Assembly: GCA_035221665.1 (NCBI GenBank)
Contig: CM069157.1
Location: 24,242,001-24,306,000 of the forward strand
From: Okamejei kenojei
Taxonomy: Eukaryota
DNA length: 64,000 nt
Reading direction: 5' to 3'
This document shows, piece by piece, positions 38,151 to 52,238 of this stretch; the stretch's first letter is position 1, and every line of letters starts with the position of its first letter. The position numbers were made by a program, and so were the translations under genes. The notes under the pieces were generated by a model. That model did no database searches. It was not told the DNA's origin and worked only from the letters and a program-made list of their open reading frames with translations.

Positions 38151-39049
38151 ACGGAAATGTAAGTGAATGTGGTGTCGGAAGCTTCCAAAGCAATAGTTGA
38201 TTTAGTATTTAGCAATAGTATTTAAAAGACACTTGGACTGATTATTGATTGGAAATGTTTAGAGGGATATCAGCAAATGTGGGTTAATGGGACCTCTTGT
38301 TCAAATTCCATGCACTAACTTCCTGCTTTGCAAAAAAAAAAAATCCCATTTTCCATAGACCTCCCTACACTTGCAATTATTCTAAAATAAGCTGTTCAAT
38401 ATTCTATCTGTAGTCCAACCAATAACTTGTACAGATTTAGTTTCATTTCATAGCCGTTCTGTGCAATATCGGTATTAATAACAGCTAGGTGTTATCAAGT
38501 TGTTCTCCCAATTTCAAAGATTTGTGTGTCTGAACTCCTGTCTCTCTGCTCGGCCACAATGTTGGCATTGTGTAATTTAATTTATATTTCCTGTCCTCAT
38601 TCTTTCCACCAAAATACATCACTTCACATTTTAACCTCATTAAATCTTAACTGACATAGGTAAGATCAATCTTCAGATCTGGCTGCAGCTCAAAGTTGCA
38701 GCTTGCTGCAGTTAATCACATCCTTAATTGTGCCCTATCCCCATCAAGTGCCTTTGAAAATGCACACACACAACATCCTTGAAATTTCTTCCATTGTCAT
38801 GTTCTAGAATGTGCCCCAGACTTTAATTAAATTTGTCTGACATTACTTATCATTATAAATCACATGCTAAAGTAAGCCCTGAATATGTTTTTAGGTGAAT
38901 ATTAATTTTGTTCAATATTACAACAAGAAGCTGAACGACTGGCTATCAGTCTCTTTTAATGCCAGGTTGGTTTATCTTTTCTCCCCTTTCCTCTGTTGAT
39001 GAGTCGCGTTGGCAACTGCCCATCCATTGAGATAACTTTAATGCAAGAA

Positions 39050-39397
39050 TATCATAAGGTCATAAGAAATAGGAGCAGAATTAGGCCATTTGGCCCATTA
39101 AGTCTTCTCCACCATTGAATCATGGCTGACCTATCTCTCCCTCCTAACCCCATTCTCCTGCCTTCTCCCCATAACCCCTATCACCCATACTAATGAAGAA
39201 TCTATCTATCTCTGCTTTAAAAATATCCATTGACTTGGCCTCCACAGCCTTCTATGGCAAAGAATTCCACAGATTCACCACCCTCTGACTAAAGAAATCC
39301 CTTCCTAAAGGAACGTCCTTTAAATCCGAGGCTATGACCTCTAGTCCTAAACTCTCCCACTAGTGGAAACAACCTCTCCACATCCACTCTATCCAAG
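39050..39397 (-). mobile_element. CR1/HER1 LINE 3' end
   Basis: Minus strand: FPLVGEFRTRGHSL...FFSQRVVNLWNSLP; short tandem-repeat tail. Confidence 0.9.
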
Positions 39398-40619
39398 AAT
39401 GAGGACTTGAAATATCTCTGAACAAAATGAGACCACTTCAAGCCCAAAAATAAGATTTGCCTATTTCACAATGTGTAATATTAAAAGTGAATGTCTTTAT
39501 TTATGATAAATGTTCAAAGATAAATCAAATTTTATAATCAGCATACTGCATGCAATTTTCCCTTTAAAAATCTTAACAACGTCTCATAAAATATCACTGC
39601 CAAAAGTTACACTTTGATTGCCTGATACAAAACAAACTCAATTAACAGCTATAGTGAGAGGAAATCATTAGAGATCGTTGTAATTGTCCAATAATTTTGA
39701 TTCTGTTGAACTACTTTAATTAGAATCATATGGCCATAGTGATAAAGCACAGAAACAGGCACTTTGGCACAACTCATCCATGCCGACCAAAATGCCCCAT
39801 TTAGACTAGCTCCATTGACTTGAATTTGGCTCATAGCTCTGCAAACCTTTCCTATCCATATACCTATCCAGCTGTCTTTTACATGTTGTAATTGTACCTA
39901 CCTCAACTACTTCTTCTGCCAGGTCTGCATTGCCTGGGTCCAGTGTGTCATTTGCATGTTATGACATTACAAGCTTGCTGCCCCTTCACTGACATTTCAT
40001 CAATGGTCCTTTTTACCAATGATACATTTCCAATCTCAGATTCTGCCAATTAAATCCAATAAGAATATTCTGAGATTGGTTAAAATGTGACAAGGGGCAT
40101 TCAATAATCATAATTTAATAAATGTATTTTGAGGAGGTGATCAATGAAGGTAGGGTAGTGAATGTTGTATACATGACATCCTAGCATGACATCTGAATAA
40201 ATCTGTTGTGCACTACTCCCATGGAAATCCTTTCCTTTCCAGCAACTTTTGATGATGTTTCAATTCTTTAATTTCTCATCAACAATGCTGGTTAAAAATG
40301 TAAACTGCAAATGCATTGATTAAATTATTTTGCTTTTCATAAGTCCGCCTTGAATTTGCACAAACATTCCAATCTTCTGAGTGCCAATTAGTACCCACAC
40401 TGATAATAGATCACAGTGTTTCTCAACACAAATATCAAATTAACTTGTCTGAAATCTGTACAGACATAGATAGGGCAAAGGAGGAATAAAATATGATGAA
40501 GAGATTTTTCAAATTCTTGGTGCATTTGAATACACTTGATATATTTGACTGTCAATTAATTAGCACAGCTTTAAAATCAGCATGCTCATCAAAATCAAAT
40601 CATTACTTTTTAATATCAA

Positions 40620-41358
40620 AATCACAATCACAATAATACTTTATTAGCTAAGTATGTTTTGCAACATATGAGGAATTTCATTTGCCAAGTCAGTCATACA
40701 AATAAAAAAGCAACAAAACACACAAAATACATTTTAACATAAACATCCACCACAGTGACTCCTCCACATTCCTCACTGCGATGGAAGGCGGGGAAAAAAA
40801 ATTCAAATCTCTTCTCTTCTTTGTGCTCCCGCAGTCGGGGGCCTCGAGCCCTCTGTTAACGGGACGATCTTGAATCCCGTAGCTGGCGGGGTTTGGGCCC
40901 ACCACATTGGGGGGGATCAGCTATTTCATTGGGGGGACGTCAGCTCCCCCACGCCAGCGATCGGACCCTGCGTCAGGGCTGATCGAAGCTCTGCATCATT
41001 GGAGCTCCCGACTAACCACTCGATGTAAAGTCTGCAGGCCGTGGTTGGATCCCAGAAAAGGGATCGACTCCGATTTTAAGTCCGCGCCTCGCGGTGGGGC
41101 TCAAATTCAGTCCGAGGAGGCCTCCTGCTCCATGGATGTAGGTCGCAGAGTGACCGGAGATACGATCGGGAAAAAAATCGCATCTCCGGCAAGGTAAGAA
41201 ACTGAAATAAAGTTTCTCTCGACCCCCTCCCCCTTCCCCCACATAAAACAAACCGGGGAACATTTACATATACTTTCAAACGGACTAAAAAATGTTTTAA
41301 AGACGAAAAAACAGACAGACTGTTGGCGGGGCTACAAATCGTGCGGCACCCCTGGTGG
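40620..41358 (-). mobile_element. ~740-bp CpG-rich non-coding retroposon with LINE-like 3' UTR and (attgtg)n tail
   Basis: Minus-strand 3' end aataaagtattattgtgattgtgatt; CpG-rich body; 5' end ccaccaggggtgccgcac; no RT similarity in its ORFs. Confidence 0.6.
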
Positions 41359-43002
41359 ATGAGTAATAAAGTAAACAAAGGGAAAACGTCACATCATACC
41401 AGTCACATCTGGAAGGATTAGCAACTACGTCTGTATAATGATTTCCAACTCCACTCAATTGTAGCCCTACTCATGCCCAGTTGTTGAAACAGTAACAGAG
41501 AATACCACTTCTGCACAGTCTACTCCTACTTGGCAGCTTTTACAGCTGTAACATCTAATAATAAATCAAAAAGATAAGCCAAACTGAAATATGCATAAAT
41601 ATGTTACTTTTGGATCTTTTGTATTTTAAAGTATTTATTGTTCATTGACAAAAACACGTTATAAATTGTTTTTAGTTGCTGATGAAATTGCAAACTTAAG
41701 TACACATTTATATCAATGATACAAGCAGAGCTAACCCACTCCATTGGAACTCTAGGCTGATTCTTACTAAATTTGTCTCTAGCTGTTTCTGCACCAACTT
41801 TATTGCAAACCTGGAATGTTCTCAGTTTCAGTTCATTATCTAGAGTGACATCACAAAATATCTATTTGCTATTGAATTCCCCTGCTAAGTCGTGATTAAT
41901 CTTGATTATCAGATGTCTGATGAGTCAACTATGCACCTGGCAGTGTAAAGCAATGCACATTTGTTATCAAGTGATGGCAGTCACACATCTAGCAACATAT
42001 GGCTGGTGTGCAGTTCAAATCTCAGTAACTCTTGCTGCATCAGAAAACCAGTGTCATTTTCTTTCAAATAATCCATTTATTCATTCATTACCATTTGTCA
42101 CACTGAATTAATTTCTAATTAAAGAAACAGTATAATGTAAACTCATACTTGTTTTTACTTGTGCAAATACATAACATTATGATTCAGTTCACCATACAAT
42201 ATCAAGGCACTCACTGCAGACATACCAGTACAGCTTCCTGCATTGATTACATTCATGGTTTCTTGCTCTTATCACTTCCTTTTGCCCCTTATTGTGTAGG
42301 CTGAATTGAAAAAGTGAAAATAATATTCATTGAAATTGTGGAAAAGACTCAGGAGGATGAATTTTCACTTTTTCTTTCATCTCTCAGCAATTCTAAGCAA
42401 TAGTTCTTATTGTATTTTCATTACCATGTGTGAGAATGTGATACTAATGTGCATCACACAGGCACATGAGAGAAATGTATAAGTTCTTGCAACTTGTAAT
42501 AAGTGTTTACAACTTGTGTCTAATTCTAGATGATCATGCAACTTCTTCCAACCAGCCAATGGCGACTACATTATCTGAGCAAATACAAATTTCAAAACAA
42601 TATTTTCATGAGAATGTTACCCAAGCCTCCCTGAGGCTAAAAACATTTTTTTTCTGTTAATATATTGGTGTCTAGTTGTGCTCATTTTTTTAGTGTAGGT
42701 TCTTTTTTTGTCAGCATCCAAAAATGAATAGGGTGCAGTATAATTTTCAAAACATAGCATACTCCTATCTTTATATTAGTGATTAATATAAATTAGCAAT
42801 AATCTTCCTCGAAGAAGACCTATTTTCAAAATTCAACAAATAAATCTCCAAGATGCCTTTCCTAATCTCGAGTTTGATGAATAGTAGGCCTTCATTTTAG
42901 CATAATGTCTCATAAACAATGTTTTGAGTACGCATTAGCGTTTTCTTTGCAGGAACACAATACACAAGAACACAGGAAGGTATTTCCAACAAGAAACAGT
43001 TA

Positions 43003-43143
<141 letters not shown>

Positions 43144-44694
43144 TCAGCAATGTTAAACTCATTGAGTGTTAAATTGGAGTGATTCATCGTTAAAATAAAA
43201 CTACATTATAAAGGCAAAGAGATGGAACAGAAGGTCAAATTGGCCTCATTAGAACTGCACACTCATCTTAATTCACCTGGATTTTGCCTGGTTGGTGCTC
43301 TCCTGGTGTGGGATGTGGATCAAAGGAAACTATTCACTAAAATTCCAACTTGGTGTTTGTGTGGATCTGCCCTTTGTGAGGTTCTGAATGCTATCACCTT
43401 TCAAGCCCCGGAAGATACCAACAAGACCAAAGTCATTAATCGGGCTAAGAAATCTGACTGAACAATTATGATACAGTAAACCGAAAGTTGAAAGGCATTT
43501 ATTTTTTAACAACCATTCTAAACAACTTTAGACGACCAAGAAAAAGATTGAGATTGACATATGGATCATGATAGAAGATGAAATATCAAACTTTCTCAAA
43601 AAAAAATCAATAAAATCCATGCAGTTGGATCTGATTTCTCTGAGGAAAGAAATCCCATACATTTATATTTGTTTTTTTTCTTTCAATGACAGAAGGATTA
43701 TTAAGCAATAATTCTGATTGTGTATATGATTAACATCATATTTCATTCAACAAGGTAAAACATTTACAGATTTCTATAGATGATAAAAATTGTAATCCCT
43801 CCGCAATTCACTGGTTCTGTTTTGATTTGTTGACCAAAACATCAGTGCATCTCTGATAACCAGTCATGGATTACTACTGGTAAATATGCATCTTTACACC
43901 AGAGCTTTGTTAGCTTTCCTCCCTATGCTGGTTTGCTTCCAAGGGTTAATTATTAAATTCCTTATAAATACTAGTCTATTATTGGACTGACTTAATATTT
44001 CTAAGAAATACAGCCTGCACAATAGTTCTCCCAACAAAATGTAGCTGGGATTTCTTGTCCATGTAAATTGGAAGCACAAGTAGGTTTGCAGCTTACCACC
44101 CAATTTACCAGCACAAACCCAATTTGACTGCTTATGTTGCAAAAATTACTTGTTTTATATAAAAATGCATTCACCAGATGTGAGCATCACAGGAAATGCC
44201 AGCATTTATTGTCTATCATCAAGTGGAGTCATATACAGATCAGAGCAGCCAAGGACAGCAGACGACCTTCTCCGACAAACATCATTCAACCAGATGGAAT
44301 TTTGCAACAACAGCTTAATGATTATTGTTACAAGCAAATTCCATTTTTTAATGTAATCACTTTAATTTTAATTCCCCATCTACTGTGCTGAGATCTGAAT
44401 GAAACATGAAATCAATGATTCAGAGCTCCAGCCTAGTAATCCAGAAACTCACTCAGCATTGTGCGGGTGATTATTAATTGGACCAGCTCCACCAACATGG
44501 TGCAAGGTTGAAATCAAGGCCCACTGTTCTGCTGCTCACTTGATGCATTCAAAAACAATATATTTATAAACGATGATTAATGTAGCAATGTTTGCCAAAG
44601 TGATGCATAAAGATATAATCAAAGAGCTTGATATGAGAAACAGTGATAGCATAATTCCTGATGGTTGGAGAACAGGACTAAGTGAACGTGCAAA

Positions 44695-45770
44695 GGACAA
44701 GATACAGCACGGAACAGGTCCTTTGGCCCAGCTTGCCCATGCCTACCAAGGTGCCCCATCTACACGGGTCCCACCTGCTTGCATTTGACCCATAAGCCTC
44801 TAAACCTCTCCTATCCATGTACCTGTCCAAATGCCTTTTAAATATTGTTATAGTTTCTGCCTCAACTACATCCTCTGGCAACTCATTATCCATACCCACC
44901 ATCCTGTGTGAAAAAAAAAACAACTTTTATACTCAAATTGATGAAGACCAATATGCCGAAAGCCTTATTATCTACCAGTTAAGACCATCTTATCCACCTG
45001 TGACACCACTGTCGAGGAACTGTGTACCTGCACTCCTAGATCCCTCTGCTCTACGTCACTCCCCATGTCCCTGCCATTTACTGTGAAAACCCTGCACTAA
45101 CATATCTTCCCAAAAAGCAGCTACTCACATTTAACTGTATTAAACTCCATTATCCATTCTTCTGCCCACTTGACCAACTGATCAAGATCCTGCTGTAATC
45201 TTTGGTAACCATCTTCACTAACTACACTACCACTCACTTTGGCATAATCTGCAAACTTACTAATCATGCCTTTTACAGTCTCATCCAAATTGTTGATTTA
45301 AACACAAACAGAATTGGCCCCAGCACAGAACCCTGAGGCAGACCCATAGTCCCATGTAAAAAAACAGTGCTGACTATCCCTAATCAGCCCCTATCCATTT
45401 AAATGCACGTATATCCTACCCCTCAGAATACTCTCTAGTAAAAGAATGACATTTTGAAGAATTGCCTGTAAATTTCTCCGCCTCACTTTTATCCGATTTC
45501 TTCTAGTTCCAGATTCTGCTTTTAAGGGGGGAAGGGGGGGGGGGGGGGCACTTGGATTGTATTTGCATTCTATGCTCCCATAGTAGTTTTATAAACCTCT
45601 ATAAGGTCACTCCTCAGCCTCTTCCGCCCAAGTGAAAATTAAACCAGCCTATCCAATCACTCGTTACACCTGCATTCTTCTACTTCAGGCAACTCCTGGT
45701 GAATAATTCTGCACTTTCTCTTTTAGTATCAAATCCTTTCTGAGGTGTGAACACCAGACTACCAACTTTT
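44695..45770 (-). mobile_element. Cluster of CR1/HER1 LINE fragments
   Basis: FFSHRMVGMDNELPEDVVEAETITIFKRHLDRYM (ORF 44678); ISKFADxAK motif at ~45240-45265; LRSDLIEVYK near 45600. Confidence 0.85.
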
Positions 45771-46184
45771 GAAGCCTTCTGACGCAGATCAGAGTGTGGC
45801 GATTGAGGCAAAGAAAATAAGAAATAAATGCAGGATGAGGCAATTGTCACCTTTGTCTTTCAATGAGATAATGGACCAGCTCAACTTGCCAATTAATCCA
45901 CAACCTTGATTGCCTGAATATCCAAATACCTAATCTTCTCTGCTTTGAATACATTCTATGATTGAGTCTCCACATTACCCTTGGGGGAAAAAAATCCCAA
46001 ACCTTACTATTTTGGGTGAATAAATTGTTTTACATCCTGTTTTAAGATTGTGATGCTTGGTTCTGGACAACCCAGCCAGGGAAAACATCAATTTGTCTTG
46101 TACCAAGTAAAGGCCTTCACAATTTTCAAAGTTCCAATGAGATCACCTTTTATTCTCCCAAACGCAAAATAATACTGGAATTAT

Positions 46185-46463
46185 AGTGCACATTCGCGCA
46201 GCAGTAGAGTAGCTGACTTACAGCGCCAGAGACCCAGGTTCAATCCTGACTACAGGTGCTGTCTCTACTGAGTTTGTACGTTCTCTCTGTGACCATAGGG
46301 TTTCGTGGGTTTCTCCACTTTCCTACCACATTCCATGACTTTCAGGTTTATAGATTGATTGGCCTCTATAAATTGTCCCTAGTGTGTAGGATAGGTGATC
46401 GTTGGTCAGTGCAGGCTTAGTGGGCCGATAGGGCCGTTTCCATTCTGTATCACTAAACTAAAC
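46185..46463 (+). mobile_element. HE1-like V-SINE
   Basis: cagcgccagagacccaggttcaatcctgactac...ctaaactaaac. Confidence 0.9.
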
Positions 46464-47299
46464 ACCATTTCTCATAAGCCAAATCTACTACCTTGGAATG
46501 AAGGTAAAGTATGACATTTTGCACATTTTCGAATCAGATCGCGTAGACAGAATTTCTTAGATAAAAATGAAAAAATGCATCATATAATGTTTTGCTACAG
46601 TATATGAATGACGGAATGTGGAGTGAGTATGAAACTTAAATTGTGGTACTTCTAGTCCCTGTTGCCTTATGTCCAGTTGGTTTTATGTCAGTATTATTTT
46701 AATGTCATTTATAGTTTTCTATTTTTCTGGGTGTGTACATTAACTGAAATCAAGCCTTAACTGTTTCGTATAATTTCAGGATTCATGAAAGAAATTGCAG
46801 TAAATGGAATTTAACCAACTATGATGGCTGACGTGAAGACTAGTAGGGCCTGATAAAAAAATTAGCTTTCCAAATATAATTATTTCAGTGATGGCATGTA
46901 CATTTGTAACTCAAAATTACTACATACAATTCATCATTCATGACAAATTAGTTTTTCCATTTGAGTACTTCTCACATATGAATTGCACTATAAATTCTCT
47001 TCTTGTTTAAGGATCTAAGGTAAGAAATTATTTTGCATTTTCATAAGCTATTTGATTTGCACTCTTTGCAGTGTTGCAATGTATATGCCTGATAGTGTAA
47101 GCTGGTATGAAGGATAAATATTCAGCCGTACTGCACTTAATGTCAGGAATTGGAAGAACACCATTTTCTGTTTAGGCAATTTACAGCCCAACAGCATGAA
47201 CATTGAATTCTACAATTTCAAATAATAATACCCACCCGTCTCTTTTTCCCCTGCCCCCCAACCTCAGTATGAATACCTTTCTGCCATTAACTTGCACCT

Positions 47300-48098
47300 C
47301 CCTAATCACTCTGATCCTTTCGCCTCTTCCACTTCTCCAGCTGTTCCTGGGGCGACCTCTTTTCCTTTTTCCTTGGGGGTTCCATTGCAGGGCTTGCTGG
47401 ATGATGTTTGTGGCTGGTTTCCTGAGGGTGTGTCCAATCTAACTCCATTTTCGCCTTCGAATTTGTAAAGGTTGCGGAAACGAGGTGAGAGGTGATGGGT
47501 TCCCATGTCGTTAGAGCTTTTCTAACGTCCTTCGTCATCATGATGGTCACACCCTCTGTATGCTTCGCTCCCACCTCTTCCTGTCCGGAGAGGATAATGG
47601 ACTGCCCGCTAACCAATTTGATCTCCGCTGACTGTGTCCATCTTGTTTCAGCCAAGCCCAGGACTAAGATATTGTAGCGCACCATTTTGTTGGCAATTGT
47701 GGCAGACTTGCCAGTCTGGAACATGGTTCGGATGTTCCATGTCCCCACAAGGATGGATTTCTTTGGCGTCAGAAGGCGTGTCAGCTTCCCAGCGCCCTTG
47801 CGGGTTTGGCTGGGAAGTGTCATGTTCCCATCGCTGGGGCACCTTCTTCAACCAAGTGTGTAATTTGGTTTTCATTCGTCAATGTTTCTGTAACTCACAC
47901 TTTTTTCCAGGTTGTGGTAGTTAACCCCACGCCCAACCCCCAACCTGGAGGATCAGGGACTGCTTCGTCTGCCTCCTCACCTGGTTTGGTTGAACCTGCC
48001 AGGGATCTGAAACCCCATCTGGCATAGCTCTCAGGATCACTGGAGTACACAAACCTCTCCTCCACACCAAGGTTGCAGTCCAGGAGGGGGCAGAAGTT
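47300..48098 (-). mobile_element. Internally deleted RTE-clade LINE: 5' UTR and endonuclease N-terminus joined to the ORF C-terminus
   Basis: ORF 47302..47823 has VGTWNIRTMFQTGK...RYNILVLGLAETRW (APE endonuclease). After ~47467 another frame reads [16 protein letters not shown]...[19 protein letters not shown]. 5' UTR carries gagctatgcc and cctccaggttgggggttgggcgtggggttaac. Confidence 0.9.
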
Positions 48099-48944
48099 AT
48101 TGCAGTACAATAATTTAACAATCACTAGTTACTCTCAGTGTAATGGCGTTCAGGAAGATTAAGCATTGTTTAAATAGATGTATCTAAATCTTTGAACAGT
48201 CATAATTAATGTTGAGCAACATAACAAGGGAGAAAGTAAATTGTGAAGTCCCACTTATTTTTTAAATTGTAAATATTCCAGAGATCACAATGAACAACTT
48301 TAAATTAAAAGTCATAATTTCCAGAACTTGATTTAAAAATTCTACCTAAATTGCAATGTTATGGCCAACTCTATGCACTTTTTTTATGCGTTCTCCCTTC
48401 TCGGCTGTCTTTTATGCATTCTCCCTCCATCACCAAGTGTTTTAACCCAACTGTCCGCACTACAATTTGCCTGTGATAAACTTCAAGGTCAAACTCATGT
48501 CAGATGAGAGATAAAATGTAACTCCACAGAGTCCAGAAACATTTTTTCATCATTGGCCTCCAAAATCAGTTCACCGGTTAGTTGTCTATAATTTGTTTTT
48601 TCTAAACCAATTTTGAAAATGTTTTTGCTAACTTCTTACAATTCATTTGCTTGCACCTTAATTAAAGCTTGATTGTATCTGCAACAGGAATTGCTTCATA
48701 CATTTGGGAAACGTTGAAATTATTTCTAAATAATCCAGGCTTTATTGCACTATAATTCAGCTTTTCAAAACAAATGTGATTTTAATGGTCCTTTGTTAAT
48801 GTATTCCTGGTAAAAAAGTTGTAATATTATCCAAATGTGGCACCTTATAAGTTGTGATACTCAATTTTCCCCATATTTTTGGTGAATGCAATTTTGAAAA
48901 TAGAGAAGCCAACACTAAATGTTGTGTGACTGGAACTGTACTTG

Positions 48945-49272
48945 GTTTAGTTTAGAGATAGTTCTACTTAGTTTAGTTCAGACCCTACAGGGTCTACAGC
49001 CCACTGAGTTCACGCTGACTATCTGCTTACATTAGTATATGACGCTAGTTCCGTGTGATCCTACTTTCGGATCCACTCCCTACAAACTAAGGGCAATTTA
49101 CAGAGGATAATTAACCTACAAACTTGAACTGCTATCGCATGTGCAAGGAAACTGGAGCAACCAGAGAAAACCAATGCAAACTTCATACGGACAGCAGCCG
49201 AGGTCAGGATCGAACCCGGATCTCTGGTGCTGTGCAGCAGAAGCTCTACCAGTTGTGCCATGGTGCTGCCAC
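48945..49272 (-). mobile_element. HE1-like V-SINE
   Basis: Reverse-complement head (ggatcgaacccgg, B box) and tttag tail. Confidence 0.85.
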
Positions 49273-49711
49273 TGTACTTGTAGTGGTTTCAGATTCCACA
49301 AAGTAGTGCAAAGTACAGGTAGCATCTGTGCAGGGAATGGAGAGGCAACGTTTTGGGCCGGAGCCCTTCTTCAGACTGAAGTGTACTGACCAGAATAATC
49401 GCCTATCCATATCCTCGACTTTGTGTTTCACTCCACTTTTTGCGCATCAATTTCCACTTAAGCATGTTTCTTGAAAGAAACATGGAATTTTCATTCTTTT
49501 AGTATTGCCCTAGGAAAGCAGCAACTACTTCTAAAATTAATTAAGAAAAAGCAATAAGGCCTTTGAGAGCGTAAAATTTAGATTCAGAGGATACTGTCCA
49601 ATTACACGAAGAGAGACGTGAATTTTGAAGCTTTGAAAACTAAAACGTTTTCCCTTTCAGCAGACTAGGCCTTAATCAAGCTGTCCACGGTGTACAGATC
49701 CAGGATAAAGG

Positions 49712-49937
49712 ACTTGAACATTGAATTTTCTCAATTCTGTTAACCCTTGCTGTCTCCTCCCCTTCCCACCTCTCCCTCAGCCCTCGGGCTCCTCCTCCTT
49801 TTTCCTTTCTTCTCCCCTTGCCCCCTCCCCCCCACCTCCCATCAGTCTGAAGAAAGGTTTCGGCCCGAAACGTTGCCTCTCTCCTTCGCTCCTTAGATGC
49901 TGCTGCACCCGCTGAGTTTCTCCAGCCTTTTGTGTAC
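49712..49937 (+). mobile_element. Penelope-derived insert with 12-bp TSD
   Basis: ccaggataaagg at 49700-49711 and 49938-49949; begins with the GIY-YIG ORF end (LNIEFSQF). Confidence 0.9.
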
Positions 49938-50459
49938 CCAGGATAAAGGGAATCCTTTGTCACATTCCAGAATGTTCAGAATTCCAGATAGTTTACCAGA
50001 AGCTGTCTGGATTAGAGGATTTCACCGGCTGGGAGAGGTTGTATAGACTTAGATTGTTTCCTCTGGAATGTCAGAGGATCAGTGGACAAAATAGTTCCGT
50101 ATTGCATGAAAATACAAAAACAATATGAAACAATCAAATCAGTGAAAAACTATGGATGATCAGTACCACAGATTTCTTTTAAGATCCTACAATGACTCGG
50201 AAATCCAATCCCAAGATCACAAACTAACCCACAGAAGGTACAGAAATAAAACCTTCAATAGTTGCAATGTTTACACGAGAAAAGTTCTAAAAAAAATGTC
50301 AAAACTGAAAAGTGAGCAGGTGGTTAAGGAAGCAAAGGTGGTGCAAAGCAAAGACTGGTGTCATGAATTATATTGGTACCTTGAATAATATTGAGGCACA
50401 AGATGAGGGTGGGAATAGAGATTGATTATTGAGAAACTCCAGAAATAGGGGCATAAAAA

Positions 50460-51320
50460 AGTTGATGGTGAAGACAGATTGTCTCAACTTTCTACAATTT
50501 ATATAAATGACTTGGATAAAGGCACAGAAGGCAGGGTTGCCAAATTTGTTTATGATCCAAAAGAAAGGTAGGAAAGTAATTTGTGAAGAGGAGACAAGGG
50601 GACTACAGAAGGATTATAGGTTATGTGAGTGGGCAAGAAAAAGTAAAAAGTAAAAGCATATTGTCTATATGATGAGAACATGCAGAAATTGGACAGATTT
50701 GGGTGGAGGAGTGCTTACGTAAAGGAAGGCTCATCCACAGGTACACAGCCATTACAGAAACTAACAGAATATTATTCTTAGTTGCCAAGGAAATGAACAT
50801 TAAAATAGAGAAGTGCTTGAGTTGCATAGGGCATTGGCAAATACATATCTGGAGTACTGGGGAAACTATTTGCGTCCCTAAGAAAGGATATGAATGTGCT
50901 GGAAGCAGTTCAGAGAAATTCACTAATACCAGCGATAGACAGATATTCTGATGCAAAAAGACTGGACAAGCCAGGCATCGGGTTTAGAAGACTGAAAAAG
51001 TGCTTGATTGCAAGATCCTGAGTGATTTTGACACAATGGATGTGAGGAGGATATTTTCACTTGGGAGAATCTAAAATTAAATACAGGCCACCCATTTAAG
51101 ACAGAAACAACAGTTTCTTGAAAGAAGGTTGTGTCTTTTAAGCTCTCTTGAAGGATGGTCAAGACAAACTCATTAAATGTTTAAAGCAGCAGCTGAAAGA
51201 TTCCTGAGTGGTGAGGATGAAAGATTATTGTGGGAAGAATGTGAATACAATCAGTTTGGCCATAATTTTATTAAACGGGGTGGCAGGTGTTAAGGGCTAA
51301 ATGGCCTACCCTATTCTTAG
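50460..51320 (+). mobile_element. Old CR1 LINE RT and 3' fragment
   Basis: IYINDLDKGTEGRVAKFVYDPK, then HLEYW and LEAVQRNF-like motifs. Confidence 0.75.
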
Positions 51321-51823
51321 TAAGTATAATTGCATGTAATGTTATATAGAATGTAATGGCTTTGCTTTTATATATCCTCTGCAATTGCTCAGAATGATAT
51401 TTCACAATGCGATTAACGTCCATACATATACAGCTGACGTAACAACATACTTGTTCTGCATTCTTAACAGCAAATAAAAACCATGGCAGGCAAAGCATAC
51501 ACGTACTCCAAAATATGGAGGAATATTGAAAGCTCCAATATTGAAAAGTTTTGTCACGGTCTATTAATGTAACACCATGTAGCAGTGTAGCAGCAGGCAC
51601 AGAATCACATCAATTATTTCCTTATGCCTGAGCTCCTGACCTCCATCAGATTAGATGTGTGTATATCAACACATGCAATTTGCCTTATTTCTTTCTGCAT
51701 TTGATCAGTTTGGACATTAGCTCTCAAAGTTGGATATCGATTGTCTACAGTAAAAAGTAGACTTAGGAAGAAAGCAGTACTAAACAACAAGTAAACTGGA
51801 CCAAATGTTCTCTTTAATTTTTG

Positions 51824-52130
51824 AGGCATGGTGGCACAGTGGCACAGCAGTAGAATTGCTATCTTACCGCGCAGAGACCAGGGTTTGATATTGACTTTGG
51901 GTGCCATCTATTCGAAGTTTGTATGTTCTTTCTGTTACAGCATGGGTTTTCCCCGGCTGTTCCAGTCTCCACCCACACTCTAAAGACATAGGTTTGTAGG
52001 TTAATTTGGCTTTGGTAAGAATGTTAATTGCCGTTGGTGTGTAGGATGGTGCTAGTGTACGGGGATCGCTGGTCGGTGTGGATTCAGCGGACCGAAGGGC
52101 TTGTTTCTGCAAAGTATCTCCAAACTAAAT
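51824..52130 (+). mobile_element. HE1-like V-SINE
   Basis: ggcatggtggcacagtgg...gcatgggttttccccggctgttccagtctccacccacactc...aaactaaa. Confidence 0.9.
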
Positions 52131-52238
52131 GGAGGTACATTTCCCAAATAATGAACATTTAAAAAAAACGGCTTATATCACAAATACTTTGCACACTGCT
52201 CTCGAAGTGGCATTGAAAAACCGCGATGCGGAGTCTTA

